Under the pieces are notes generated by a model. The model ran no database searches, was not told the DNA's origin, and saw only the letters and a program-made list of their open reading frames with translations. Below, piece by piece: positions 10,613 through 20,535 of a stretch of 64,000 nt of DNA. The stretch comes from Negativicutes bacterium (GTDB lineage Bacteria; Bacillota; Negativicutes; UBA1444), in the NCBI GenBank assembly GCA_963665275.2, contig CAXXIN010000003.1:176508-240507 (forward strand), in the 5' to 3' direction. The translations under genes and the position numbers were made by a program. The first letter of the stretch is position 1. Each line of letters opens with the position of its first letter.

Positions 10613-11095
10613 TTATTTCGGTCGTGGCACCGGCAGTTCCAAATCGATTTCCGGGTCATATTCCCAGCTCATGCGAGCGCCCTCAATTTCGTTGAGTACG
10701 ATATCCATAGTGGAATGAACCGGATTTCCCCCGGGGAAGAAGTGTCCCCCCCAAGTTCTGCCGCTTGGATCACAGAGCACTCCATGCAAATGGACGACTG
10801 GTTTCGTCGGATTTTCCAAGCACACAACCCCTTGTCCCGACAAGAATTCCACTGGACCATCAACTCGCATCGGCGGTCGGCGTTCAGAGCCCCGTTTAGT
10901 TTTCGTGCTGGGAACCGCCCATGATAGCTCGGCCCAACGCAAACTGCCGATAGCGATTTGTATGGCCGCAGTTTCAATCCCACCCTGTCGGCAAGTTTCA
11001 ATGATTCCCTCGATTAAATCCGTATCACGCATCAATCGAGCCATAATCATCTTACCGGGTTTCGCCTGCACCAGAGAAATCCTTGTCTGTTCCAT
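10613..11095 (-). CDS. PPC domain (DUF296) protein
   Basis: ARL..DTDLIEGI, AIGSL, VHLHGVL, GGH motifs. Confidence 0.85.
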   Translation of the reverse strand: MEQTRISLVQAKPGKMIMARLMRDTDLIEGIIETCRQGGIETAAIQIAIGSLRWAELSWAVPSTKTKRGSERRPPMRVDGPVEFLSGQGVVCLENPTKPVVHLHGVLCDPSGRTWGGHFFPGGNPVHSTMDIVLNEIEGARMSWEYDPEIDLELPVPRPK

Positions 11096-11110
11096 TTGCA
11101 CACGCCTCCG

Positions 11111-12310
11111 TCATTTTGGTTTATTCATTACGATTTGCTCCGGGTTTTCCAGATAGGTCTTAATCTGCTTCAAGAACTTAACGGCCGGAGCCCCGTCAAC
11201 AATGCGGTGATCATAGGTCAGGCACAAATACATCAAAGGCGCCGCAATGATCTCATCACCCCTGACAATCGGAGTTTTTGCGACTTTTCCCATACCCAGA
11301 ATCGCGCATTGCGGATAATTGATGATGGGAGTGAACAGCAGCGACCCAAAAGTCCCGGAATTGGTGACGGTAAATGTTCCATCGGCAAAATCCGCCGGAG
11401 CCAGTTGCCCGTCCCGGCCTTTGTTCGCCAATACATCCATCTCTTCCGCAATGGTGACAACATTTTTCTTATCAGTATCCCGAATCACCGGCGTCATGAG
11501 TCCGGCATCCGTCGCTACCGCTACACAAACGTTAATTTGCTTTTTGATATGAATGTTTTCGCCCACCAGTGAAGAATTCAACATGGGATAATCCTGCAGA
11601 GCTTTTGCCGCCGCGCGAACCACAAAGGAAGTATAGGAAACCGGCAACACTTTGCGATACGCCGCGATTTTCGTCATGTCCACATCCATAACCGTGGTCA
11701 CATCGGCGGCAGTTTTTTTGCTGAGTGACAGATGATCGGCGATACTTTTTCGTATGCCGCGTAGAGGGACCATTTCGACTTCAACTTCACTTTCAATCGC
11801 TGCAACAGGATCCGCCAACTTGATCGCTACTGCCTTTTCCGCTGCATTAGCAGCTTCAATATCGGCTTTAACAATCAATCCATCCGGGCCGCTGCCACTA
11901 AGGCGGCTGGCATCTACGCCATACTTCTTGGCCAAGTTTCGGGCCAAAGGCGAAATTTTTAGTTTGGTTGGTGTTTTCTCCGGTGAAGACTCACTAACTT
12001 CCGCGTCTTGCACCGTTGCGGCCTGGGTATCGGCAGGTGCGCCATCAAGATAGGCGGAAATATCCTCATTCGCATCGGCGATCAAACAGATTGGCGAACC
12101 CACTTGCGCATAATCGCCCTCTCCCACCAGGATCTTGCGCAAGACACCTGTGGCCGGCGCCGAAATTTCCACGGTGACTTTATCCGTCTCCGTCTCCAGT
12201 AAAGGTTCGTCTTCGGTTACCTGTTCCCCCTCCTGCTTAAGCCATTTTACAATTTTTCCTTCAACCATGGTCATACTGATTTGCGTCATCCTAAAAACTG
12301 TTACAGCCAT
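11111..12310 (-). CDS. Dihydrolipoamide acyltransferase (E2), single lipoyl domain
   Basis: ETDKV lipoyl-Lys, SPLARNLA E3-binding domain, TFTVTN, DHRIVDG catalytic motif. Confidence 0.94.
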   Translation of the reverse strand: MAVTVFRMTQISMTMVEGKIVKWLKQEGEQVTEDEPLLETETDKVTVEISAPATGVLRKILVGEGDYAQVGSPICLIADANEDISAYLDGAPADTQAATVQDAEVSESSPEKTPTKLKISPLARNLAKKYGVDASRLSGSGPDGLIVKADIEAANAAEKAVAIKLADPVAAIESEVEVEMVPLRGIRKSIADHLSLSKKTAADVTTVMDVDMTKIAAYRKVLPVSYTSFVVRAAAKALQDYPMLNSSLVGENIHIKKQINVCVAVATDAGLMTPVIRDTDKKNVVTIAEEMDVLANKGRDGQLAPADFADGTFTVTNSGTFGSLLFTPIINYPQCAILGMGKVAKTPIVRGDEIIAAPLMYLCLTYDHRIVDGAPAVKFLKQIKTYLENPEQIVMNKPK

Positions 12311-12371
12311 TTGTCATCCTCCCTTTTATCATTTGTACCACTGCCGAAGCAATGTTAAGTACCGCTGGTTA

Positions 12372-13223
12372 TTATGGGGCAAGCCTCATGCGGGCGTGGT
12401 AGGAACTCCTGATTAACGGCCCAGAAAAAGCATGGCGAAAGCCCATCTGCATTGCGACTTTTTCATATTCCGCAAACTTTTCCGGCGAGATATATTCCTG
12501 TACGGGATAGTGCTGCTGCGAAGGCGCCAGATATTGCCCGATGGTTACCATGTCGCATTTCACTTTTCGAAGATCAGCCAATACCCCCAGGATTTCCTGT
12601 TCCTGCTCCCCCAAGCCCAGCATGATACCTGACTTGGTTAAAATATTGCCATCCAGTTCTTTACCCCGTTGCAACAATTCAAGTGAGCGCCGGTACTGCG
12701 CCATAGGCCGCACATTCGGATACAATCGGGGCACCGTCTCCAGATTATGATTAATAATTTCGGGTCTGGCGGCAACCACTGTCGTCAACGCCTCTTTGTT
12801 TCCTTGAAAATCCGGTATCAGAACTTCAACAGTGATTCCATTGCCCAGCGCCTGCAATTCCGCAATGGTCGCCGCGAATTGCGACGCTCCGCCATCTGCC
12901 AAATCATCTCGGGTTACAGACGTTATCACAACATGCCGAAGTCTAAGTTCCTTGGCCGCAAACGCTACTTGCTGCGCTTCCTCTTCATCAACCGGCAACG
13001 GTTTTTCTTTCGTGACATTGCAAAACCTGCAGTTTCGCGTGCAGAATCTGCCCAAGATCATAAAGGTTGCCGTGCGCTGTCCGAAACACTCGATCAGGTT
13101 GGGGCAATTACCTTCCTCACAAATGGTGTGAAGAGACAACTTACGCATAATCGTACGAACCTGGTCCATGTCGTTCTGCGCTTTCATACTTACTTTGATC
13201 CAGTTTGGCCGGGGAATACCCAT
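12372..13223 (-). CDS. lipA: Lipoyl synthase
   Basis: [20 protein letters not shown] radical SAM motif, RSSYHA. Confidence 0.96.
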   Translation of the reverse strand: MGIPRPNWIKVSMKAQNDMDQVRTIMRKLSLHTICEEGNCPNLIECFGQRTATFMILGRFCTRNCRFCNVTKEKPLPVDEEEAQQVAFAAKELRLRHVVITSVTRDDLADGGASQFAATIAELQALGNGITVEVLIPDFQGNKEALTTVVAARPEIINHNLETVPRLYPNVRPMAQYRRSLELLQRGKELDGNILTKSGIMLGLGEQEQEILGVLADLRKVKCDMVTIGQYLAPSQQHYPVQEYISPEKFAEYEKVAMQMGFRHAFSGPLIRSSYHARMRLAP

Positions 13224-13911
13224 CCGGCTCACCTCCAATCATTTGATATAGCTCAGCGCGCCCAATTACATCAGATTGCATTTGAAAAGTGTCAGCAAAA
13301 TGATAACAAACTTGGTCTGTGACCTCAGCCACATTGCAGGGCCGGCCGACGAGGTCTTGCAATGAAGTCACCCCTTTGTCATGAATCCCACATGGGATGA
13401 TCCACGCGAAGTTCTCCAGTCGCGTGTTCACATTGAAAGCAAAACCATGCATCGAAACCCAGCGTTTGATCGCGCAGCCGACGGCTACGATCTTGGATCC
13501 ACCGACCCACACGCCCCGATGCTCAGCATCTCTTGTCGCGGTTATGCCATAATCGCGCCGCAGCAACCGTATAAAGACCTCTTCTATTTTGCGGATAAAG
13601 TCATGAACATCGCGGGTTTGCTGCCGCAGGTCCATGACAGGATAACCGACAATTTGGCCCGGTCCATGATAGGTCACATCGCCGCCGCGATTGATTTTAT
13701 AAATCGGCACATCCTGCTGCTTCAAAAACTGTGGAGAAGCTACCACATGCGCTTCGTCCCCACCCCGTCCAATCGTTATCACCGGCGGATGTTCCAACAG
13801 CAGCAGCGTGTCCTCAATAGCGCCCTGCTGCCGCAACATCAGCAATTTCTGTTGAATAACCAACGATTCTTGATATTCAACGGTTTGTAACTTAGCTACT
13901 AGGAGCCGCAT
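13141..13911 (-). CDS. lipB: Octanoyltransferase
   Basis: [36 protein letters not shown]. Confidence 0.94.
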   Translation of the reverse strand: MRLLVAKLQTVEYQESLVIQQKLLMLRQQGAIEDTLLLLEHPPVITIGRGGDEAHVVASPQFLKQQDVPIYKINRGGDVTYHGPGQIVGYPVMDLRQQTRDVHDFIRKIEEVFIRLLRRDYGITATRDAEHRGVWVGGSKIVAVGCAIKRWVSMHGFAFNVNTRLENFAWIIPCGIHDKGVTSLQDLVGRPCNVAEVTDQVCYHFADTFQMQSDVIGRAELYQMIGGEPDGYSPAKLDQSKYESAERHGPGSYDYA

Positions 13912-13958
13912 TTTTTTCACCTTCCTACGGCGCATTTATCATGGGTATGTTCATCCGA

Positions 13959-13969
13959 TTGTCAGACAT
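13959..13969. promoter_or_regulatory. Putative FadR/GntR operator TTGTCAGACAT upstream of lipB
   Basis: 10/11 match to the palindrome at 7139 and 14784. Confidence 0.6.
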
Positions 13970-14018
13970 TTGATTTCAAAAAAAATATTGTTGCCAATAT
14001 TTTTTCTTTATATTCCAC

Positions 14019-14729
14019 TTACTCGCCGTCTTCCACGAAGCCGCGCTTGACAATGGATTGAATTCGTTTTAAATGTTGCTTGATTGCTTTGGTCGCACCG
14101 GCCGCATCACGACTTTTAATTTTTTTCGCCAGTTCAACATGTTCCTCGCTAATTTTCTCTTTGCGTCCGGGAGTGCTCAATGTGCGGGCTCGCGTTTCTT
14201 GCAGCATTGCCATCGTCGACTCCATCAAACGGTAAAAAAATACATTGTGGCTTGCCTTAGCAATCGCCAAATGAAACAATGCATCATTTTTGGCATTGAC
14301 TGCTTCGTCCAGACTGATTTCACCATTGTTCAACATCTCTACAATAGCGGTTAGTTCATCATCCGTTGCTCTGGTGATCGCAAATTCAACAATCTTGGGT
14401 TCCAACAATTCCCGCAGCTCAATCAAATCCAACAAAAGCGTATTGCTTTGCGAAAGCTCGATCATGTTCAATTTTTCAAGCAACAAATCTGCATGCAGGT
14501 AAACAATAGAAGTTCCACCGCCGGGCTTACTTTCGATCAGTCCCATGAACTCCAGCACTTTTAATGCTTCCCGCACCGATGCCCTACTGACGCCCATGAT
14601 TTCCGCCAAAACCTTTTCGGGCGGCAAAAAGTCCCCCGGCGCCAATTCACCGGAAACAATCTTCGCTTTGAGTTGCGATATCACGACTTCATAGATCTTG
14701 GTTCCTTTAATTCGTTGGAAATTCGCCAT
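14019..14729 (-). CDS. FadR-subfamily GntR regulator (PdhR/LldR-like, FCD domain)
   Basis: GDFLPPEKVLAEIMGVSRASVREAL HTH; DALFHLAIAKASHN FCD. Confidence 0.93.
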   Translation of the reverse strand: MANFQRIKGTKIYEVVISQLKAKIVSGELAPGDFLPPEKVLAEIMGVSRASVREALKVLEFMGLIESKPGGGTSIVYLHADLLLEKLNMIELSQSNTLLLDLIELRELLEPKIVEFAITRATDDELTAIVEMLNNGEISLDEAVNAKNDALFHLAIAKASHNVFFYRLMESTMAMLQETRARTLSTPGRKEKISEEHVELAKKIKSRDAAGATKAIKQHLKRIQSIVKRGFVEDGE

Positions 14730-14783
14730 TCAAAATTCCTCACAATCATTCTTCGCAAATTCCGCAACACACCGCATCGCTAT

Positions 14784-14794
14784 TTGTCTGACAA
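14784..14794. promoter_or_regulatory. Putative FadR/GntR autoregulatory operator TTGTCTGACAA
   Basis: Palindrome about 55 bp upstream of the regulator start. Confidence 0.65.
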
Positions 14795-14961
14795 ACATAC
14801 TATTCCACAGACAATTTTAAATTCCTGCTGAATTTAAAATTTATTTTTGCATCGCACTTAATCTGTCCCCAAAGCTTGGTTGTGCATGAGAAACTTAGAG
14901 AAAGAATCTGACCACGCTGGTCCGTCGCAATACCACCGGCAAGCAAGCTAGCTCCGCACAT

Positions 14962-14991
14962 TTGACATATTTAGCAGTTGGTGTTTATAAT
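14962..14991 (+). promoter_or_regulatory. Sigma70/SigA promoter TTGACA-N18-TATAAT for marR-MFS
   Basis: Perfect consensus hexamers; imperfect palindrome ACTTACCTAGTTAACT just downstream (likely MarR site). Confidence 0.75.
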
Positions 14992-15034
14992 ATCACTTAC
15001 CTAGTTAACTATTTTGCAAAGGAGTGTTTGAGCC

Positions 15035-15469
15035 ATGGATAAACACGAAAAACTCCTACACCAACTTTTTCAAACGGTTCGAATGATTTCCAAGGGGTTG
15101 AATACAATCTTAGAACCCTACGGTTTATATAGTTCGGAGTGGACAATCATTACGACATTAAAGGAGTCGGGTCCATTGACCCAGGGAGCTCTCTCAAATT
15201 ATCTGAGCATTGAGCCTCCTGCAGTATCTCGAAGTTTAGTCAAATTAGAAAAGAAAGGATTGATTACGAGAATTTCCGGTACTGACAAAAGAGAAAAAAG
15301 AGTTTCTTTAAGCGAAGAAGCTGTATTCCAATATCCTCAATGGTTGGAAGCATCCAGGCAACATCGGCGCGCCGTTCTAGCTGACTTGTCGGATGAAAAA
15401 CAATCCGAATTGGAGCTATTGCTAAATTCAATTTACCGAAACGCTCAACAGCATGAGAAGCCCCATTAA
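15035..15469 (+). CDS. MarR family transcriptional regulator
   Basis: TQGALSNYL, VSRSLVKLEKKGLI, DKREKRVSLS. Confidence 0.92.
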   Translation: MDKHEKLLHQLFQTVRMISKGLNTILEPYGLYSSEWTIITTLKESGPLTQGALSNYLSIEPPAVSRSLVKLEKKGLITRISGTDKREKRVSLSEEAVFQYPQWLEASRQHRRAVLADLSDEKQSELELLLNSIYRNAQQHEKPH

Positions 15470-16730
15470 TGAACGAAATTATTTTAAAGATAGGATGGTA
15501 TCAGTGGATCAAAACAACCCAACATTAACAGCGTCATCAAAGTTATGGTCAAAAGATTTTCTGTTGCTGCTAGCAGGCAACTTATTCGTCTATCAGGGAA
15601 TTTTGATGTTAATTTCAACTTTTCCTGTGTACATCAAGCAAATTGGTGGAACAGATTTGCAAGCCAGTCTGCCTTTTGCCGTTGTTTCGATTTCCGCCCT
15701 CATGGTTCGAGCTATTAGCGGAAGCGCTGCCGACACTTATGGCAGAAGGCCGTTACTCATATTAGGCCTATCCATTTTGATTATTTTTAACTGCTCCTTT
15801 ATGTTTATATCCACAATTGGTTTGATTTTAGTGTTGCGGTTTTGCCAGGGACTTGGTTGGGGCATAACGTCAACGGTCTTTGCAACGATCATGTCTGATA
15901 TTGTACCGGCCAATCGTCGCGGCGAAGGCACGGGATATTTTGCGTTATCTATCATTATTGCAACGGCTCTTGCATCCATAGCGGGAATCGAACTCATCAA
16001 ACGTTATGACTTCCAGGTGGTTCTTCTGGTCTCCACCACTTTAGTTGCTTTGGGAATGGTTTCCGGATTATCGATCTCCATTGCACCGATCAAAAAAACA
16101 TCTGCAGAAACTTGCGCGCCAAAAAAACTGACCTGGAGCGACTTGGTTGAAAAACAGGCACTGCTGCCGGCTTTCCTGTGTTTCCTGCATTCGATCACCC
16201 TTGGTGGAATCATGAGTTTCATTGTGTTGTATGGAAAGGAAATCGGTGTTGAAAATACGTGGATCTATTTTATTGGACATATCGCAATGATTTTAATCAG
16301 CAGACCTTTTGCGGGAAAACTATTTGACCGAAAAGGACATGCAGTCGTTATCGGTCCAGGGATTCTACTGATGATAGTAGGCCTCACCCTTTTATCCTAT
16401 GCGACCTCCGAGGTTTCTCTATTCGTTGCTTCCTTGTTCTACGGATTGGGCTATGGCGCCGCTCATCCCTCTTTGCAAGCGTGGGCAATTGACCGGTCGC
16501 CCGCAGACCGCAAAGGAGCCGCCAACGGAACCTTCTTATCCTCTCTGGATTTAGGGTATGCGGTTGGCGCCGTATTGATGGGGTTAATTGCTTCCCACAC
16601 AGACTATGCCATGATGTATCGGATATCTACGTTTTTCCTGATCGTGTTCGCCTGCACATACGGACACCATCTAATGAACAGCGAAAAAGCACCGGTTCTC
16701 GTTTGTGAATATCAAAAAAACGCTTCATGA
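15453..16730 (+). CDS. MFS transporter (probable efflux)
   Basis: KLWSKDF, GSAADTYGRR, DIVPANRRGEG; downstream of MarR. The true start may be about 40 nt later. Confidence 0.9.
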   Translation: MRSPINERNYFKDRMVSVDQNNPTLTASSKLWSKDFLLLLAGNLFVYQGILMLISTFPVYIKQIGGTDLQASLPFAVVSISALMVRAISGSAADTYGRRPLLILGLSILIIFNCSFMFISTIGLILVLRFCQGLGWGITSTVFATIMSDIVPANRRGEGTGYFALSIIIATALASIAGIELIKRYDFQVVLLVSTTLVALGMVSGLSISIAPIKKTSAETCAPKKLTWSDLVEKQALLPAFLCFLHSITLGGIMSFIVLYGKEIGVENTWIYFIGHIAMILISRPFAGKLFDRKGHAVVIGPGILLMIVGLTLLSYATSEVSLFVASLFYGLGYGAAHPSLQAWAIDRSPADRKGAANGTFLSSLDLGYAVGAVLMGLIASHTDYAMMYRISTFFLIVFACTYGHHLMNSEKAPVLVCEYQKNAS

Positions 16731-16877
16731 CCACAAAGAATGATGCTACTCTATATTTCTGGATGAAAGCCTGGTAAACGTTCGATCTCACCTTGTCGGT
16801 AATTGATAAATATTATTATTTACTTTTAAATGTTTTCGTCGTATACTTAAATCAGAGAAATAAATCCTTAGAGAGGG

Positions 16878-17084
16878 ATGATTATAATGACAAATACTAC
16901 ATGTTATAATTTTGAGGGAGTGCAGGTTTGTACCCCGGAAGATACGCAAAAATTTTCCAACTATGCGCTGATAGGACTCGCGGTTCTGGTAGGGATTGTA
17001 GTTTTAGGTGTGTTGACACTTAATAACGCATCCGTCATCGGAACAGAATTGCTGGACGGATCTTCTTATTACCTCGGATTCTAG
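16878..17084 (+). CDS. Small hypothetical membrane protein
   Basis: 68 aa, one hydrophobic segment, RBS-like AGAGAGGG, followed directly by a terminator. Confidence 0.55.
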   Translation: MIIMTNTTCYNFEGVQVCTPEDTQKFSNYALIGLAVLVGIVVLGVLTLNNASVIGTELLDGSSYYLGF

Positions 17085-17085
17085 A

Positions 17086-17143
17086 ATAGATAATGGAACA
17101 AAAAAGAGGCCCGAAAGGGCCTCTTTTTTGTTCCATTATCTAT
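17086..17143. terminator. Bidirectional intrinsic terminator, 27-bp perfect stem with GAAA loop
   Basis: ATAGATAATGGAACAAAAAAGAGGCCC-GAAA-GGGCCTCTTTTTTGTTCCATTATCTAT between convergent ORFs. Confidence 0.9.
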
Positions 17144-17325
17144 GACCGCAGTTTCAGCACTATATATAGCACGATTCCGGCTAGCAAAAGGAAATTGATG
17201 AGCTTTTTGTATGACTTTACCTCAACTGTTGACTTCTGCACCGCTTTCGGATCGGTCAGCAGTCCACAATTGGGGCATGTGTCCCAACCTTTTGCGAGAT
17301 TCATTTTGCAAGACCTGCATTTCAT
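17140..17325 (-). CDS. Small zinc-ribbon membrane protein
   Basis: CRSC...CPNCG plus C-terminal TM helix; starts 4 nt after the patB stop. Confidence 0.65.
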   Translation of the reverse strand: MKCRSCKMNLAKGWDTCPNCGLLTDPKAVQKSTVEVKSYKKLINFLLLAGIVLYIVLKLRS

Positions 17326-17329
17326 AATA

Positions 17330-18523
17330 TCACTTCCTCAACGCCGAACAAATTCTTTTCAGCCCTTCTGCCAACGAGGCTCTCGGGCAGGCCACATTTA
17401 GGCGAATGTACCCGTCGGAGTTGGCAACGAACATATTCCCGCCTTCCAACAAGACGCCGGCATGATTGGCAAAATATAGCGGCAGGTTGTCTTCTTGCGG
17501 CAGATAGGCGCGAATATTTACCCAGGCCAGATAAGTAGCCTCGGGAATGCGAAACTCCGCTTCAGGCAAGTGTTGTTCCAAATACTGTTTGGCAAAGGCA
17601 AAATTGTCATCCAAATAGTTTTTTAACTGTTTCAGCCATTCCCCGCCATATTGGTAGGCAGCCTGCGTCGCCGTAATGCTCAGTGGATTTTCCATACTGT
17701 AGTGTCGAGCCTTCCAAACGTCTCTTAATGCGGCATTAGGAATAATTACGTTGGAAAACATCATCCCAGCCATATTGAAAGTTTTGCTTGGCGCCATGCA
17801 AGTGATAATCCGGTCGGTTTGCGGAAAAAGTTTGGCCAGCGGCGTATGAACCTGACCGTTTCGCAGCAAGTCGCAATGAATTTCATCCGAAATGATCCAC
17901 ACATTATTGGCAAGGCATATGTCGCCAAATCTCTTTAATTCTTCCGGCGTCCATACCCGGCCCGTGGGGTTATGCGGGTTGCAAAAAATACACAACGTTA
18001 CTTTTTCATCTTTCGCTTTTTCGGCCAGATCATCAAAATTCAGGGTGTAATAGCCCTGTCGGTTCACTAGGTCGGAGCAGATGAGTTCAATATGATTGTA
18101 GTCGGCGGCATGTTTGAAAAATGCGTAGGACGGGGTAACAATCAAAATCTTTTCGTCGGGTTTGCAGATATAGGCAACCAGCTCATTCAATGCTGGAATG
18201 ATCCCCGGCGAAGTTACCAGATGCTCTTTGTCAAAGGTCCAATCATACTGCTGCTTAGTCCAGTTGACGAAGGAAAGATAATAGTTGGGGTCAAAAACCT
18301 TGGTGTAGCCAAAGATTCTTTTGTCCAAGCGGTCTTTGACGGCTTGAATGATTTCCGGCGGAGTCGCGAATTCCATGTCCGCCACCCACATGCGAATAAA
18401 TTCATCATCGGCATAAGGGAAGGTCATGCTCGCAGGCGCTTGGAAAATATATTCCCTGAACCCGTCCATATTCATCGCGTTGGTGTCTTTGCGGTCAATG
18501 ATTTCATCAAAATTATACTGCAA
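17330..18523 (-). CDS. patB: MalY/PatB family PLP-dependent cystathionine beta-lyase
   Basis: MWVADMEF, CNPHNPTGRVW, SDEIHCD, APSKTFN, EATYLAW, RLNVAC. Confidence 0.92.
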   Translation of the reverse strand: MQYNFDEIIDRKDTNAMNMDGFREYIFQAPASMTFPYADDEFIRMWVADMEFATPPEIIQAVKDRLDKRIFGYTKVFDPNYYLSFVNWTKQQYDWTFDKEHLVTSPGIIPALNELVAYICKPDEKILIVTPSYAFFKHAADYNHIELICSDLVNRQGYYTLNFDDLAEKAKDEKVTLCIFCNPHNPTGRVWTPEELKRFGDICLANNVWIISDEIHCDLLRNGQVHTPLAKLFPQTDRIITCMAPSKTFNMAGMMFSNVIIPNAALRDVWKARHYSMENPLSITATQAAYQYGGEWLKQLKNYLDDNFAFAKQYLEQHLPEAEFRIPEATYLAWVNIRAYLPQEDNLPLYFANHAGVLLEGGNMFVANSDGYIRLNVACPRASLAEGLKRICSALRK

Positions 18524-18638
18524 TGTTTTCGCTCCTTTTCCTAGCGGATAACCACTTCTGATTATATAACATCTCTCTATTGTCTTGCGCCCATTGCCGC
18601 AATATTTTTCAACCGATCATCAACAGCACCATCAATCG

Positions 18639-18689
18639 GCAGAGGCTGTCTCAAAACAGGTTTTCAAACCAGTTTGAGACAGCCTCTGC
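18639..18689. repeat. Intergenic palindrome GCAGAGGCTGTCTCAAA...TTTGAGACAGCCTCTGC (REP-like/terminator)
   Basis: 17-bp perfect arms between ubiX and patB. Confidence 0.7.
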
Positions 18690-18725
18690 TTTTTCAACAG
18701 CTGTAAACTCCACGTTCATTCGTTA

Positions 18726-19283
18726 TCACATCCACCGGCGATAGCCCGGCAACTCCAAATCAAAGGCGCAGAGAATTTTCCCAATGATGTGGTGGATGTG
18801 CTCCTCCACCGTAGCCGGTCGGTTGTAGAAACTGAGAACAGGCGGCAAGATCATGGCGCCCAGTTCCGCCAGCGTCAGCATATTTCGCAAATGGATCGGG
18901 GAAAGCGGCGACTCTCTGGCAACCAGCACCAGCCTCCGTCTTTCTTTGAGAGTCACATCGGCGGCCCGCAGCAGTAAACTGTCGGAATACCCGGTAGCAA
19001 TTCCGGCCACGGTTTTCATACTGCAGGGAACAATCACCATTCCTGCCGTCTTAAAAGTGCCGCTGGAAATGCATGCACCAATATCGTCTATAGAATGGAC
19101 GTGTGATGCCATCGCTCGTACTGTCTCGATGGAGTAGTCCGTCTCCATCCGGATGGTCTGTTCGGCTGCCCGGGACAAAATCAGATGGGTCTCCCAATCC
19201 TCAAACTGTTGCAACGCTTTCAAAAGCCCGATCCCGATTAACGCGCCACTTGCGCCGCTCATGCCTACAATTAATCTGTTCAT
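18726..19283 (-). CDS. ubiX: Flavin prenyltransferase
   Basis: GMSGASG, ISSGTF, PCSMKT, RAADVTLKERRRLVLVARESP, FYNRP. Confidence 0.95.
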   Translation of the reverse strand: MNRLIVGMSGASGALIGIGLLKALQQFEDWETHLILSRAAEQTIRMETDYSIETVRAMASHVHSIDDIGACISSGTFKTAGMVIVPCSMKTVAGIATGYSDSLLLRAADVTLKERRRLVLVARESPLSPIHLRNMLTLAELGAMILPPVLSFYNRPATVEEHIHHIIGKILCAFDLELPGYRRWM

Positions 19284-19284
19284 A

Positions 19285-19743
19285 TCACGCCGAACCTTTC
19301 GCTTCCAGATATTTTTGAATGGCCCGTATCCGGCCCGCATACCCGGAACATCGGCACAGATTCCCGTTGATATAGTGCTTGATCGCGGCTTCCGACGGCT
19401 CGATACCTTCCCGCTGCATCGCCAGCACGGTCATCACCAGACCCGGCGAACAAAATCCGCATTGCTCGGCGCCTTCGGCAACCAAAAACTCGGCGAATTC
19501 GGTCGCAGCCGCCTGAACGCCTTCAATCGTCGTTACCTGTTTTCCCTGAACCCGCACTGCGAGTGTGGCACAGGACAAAATGGGTTTCTCGTCGACCCAT
19601 ATTGTGCAGATCCCGCAAGAACCGGTATCGCAGCTTTGTTTCAGACTGAGCAGACCCTGCTTGCGCAATACGGTCAGCAAGGAATCGTCACAGGCTGCAT
19701 CCAGTTGCACCGATTTCCCATTAAGCACGAATTCTATTTGCAT
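19285..19743 (-). CDS. Molybdenum hydroxylase 2Fe-2S subunit (XdhC/CoxS-like)
   Basis: CDTGSCGIC...SC and QCGFC...NLCRCSGY. Confidence 0.93.
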   Translation of the reverse strand: MQIEFVLNGKSVQLDAACDDSLLTVLRKQGLLSLKQSCDTGSCGICTIWVDEKPILSCATLAVRVQGKQVTTIEGVQAAATEFAEFLVAEGAEQCGFCSPGLVMTVLAMQREGIEPSEAAIKHYINGNLCRCSGYAGRIRAIQKYLEAKGSA

Positions 19744-20534
19744 GCAATCACTTCCTCAATCGCCCGCTTCACCAAAACTGGGCACACCATCTTGCGATAA
19801 ACCGCCCCGGTCTTCATCGTAGCGCCAAAGCTCATTTCATCAGCGGCCATCGCCGCAGCCCGCGCTATTTCATCCGGCCCGACATCTGCGCCGGCATTCA
19901 AATAGTCGGCAGCCGCCCGCGCCGACCTCGCCACCGCCGGCCGGGCGCCGACAGCGATTCTCCAGCCCCTGCCGGAATGGCAAACCGCGACATTGATCAA
20001 GGCAAAATCACCGGTAGAATTTCGCACTGCACGAAATGCCCCAACGGCCTCTCCGGCTGGCAAAATCATTTTCTTAATGATTTCTTTACCGGCTTTTCGT
20101 TGCAGGTATTCTTCCAACGGGATTTTACCAACATTATAAAGTCCCACTTCGGCATCCATCGCCACCAGCGCGCACAACAAGTCTGAGAAGCCATAGCGTC
20201 CGGCTGCAGTCCCTCCAATCGTGGCCTGATTTCTCACCTGTACTCCGGCCACGCCGCTTGCAGCCAGCGGCAGCATCCCGGAAAAATGACGTTGCAGCAG
20301 CGGTGAGACTTCGATTTCTCTGAGAGTTGTCATTGCGCCGATTTCAATATGATCTTCCGTTTCACGGATATATTGCAAGTCCAACCCGGAAAGATCAATG
20401 GCCGTTCCAATCGACCGCGACCCCAGGCGCAAAAAAGCATAGCCGCCCAAAATCGCATTGCGCTCATCCGACAGCAATAGATGCTGGGCATGCTCCAAAC
20501 TTTCAGCCTTAGCATACTGCGAAATGGCAGTCAC
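19734..20534 (-). CDS. Molybdenum hydroxylase FAD-binding subunit (YgfM/CoxM-like)
   Basis: IEIGAMTTL, QVRNQATIGG, FSDL. Confidence 0.9.
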   Translation of the reverse strand: MTAISQYAKAESLEHAQHLLLSDERNAILGGYAFLRLGSRSIGTAIDLSGLDLQYIRETEDHIEIGAMTTLREIEVSPLLQRHFSGMLPLAASGVAGVQVRNQATIGGTAAGRYGFSDLLCALVAMDAEVGLYNVGKIPLEEYLQRKAGKEIIKKMILPAGEAVGAFRAVRNSTGDFALINVAVCHSGRGWRIAVGARPAVARSARAAADYLNAGADVGPDEIARAAAMAADEMSFGATMKTGAVYRKMVCPVLVKRAIEEVIACK

Positions 20535-20535
20535 T

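Noticed and set aside
13141-13223. 83-nt lipB/lipA overlap as a programmed fusion or frameshift
   Set aside because: lipA has its own GGAGGTG RBS and both proteins are complete; most simply a lost stop giving a dispensable LipB tail
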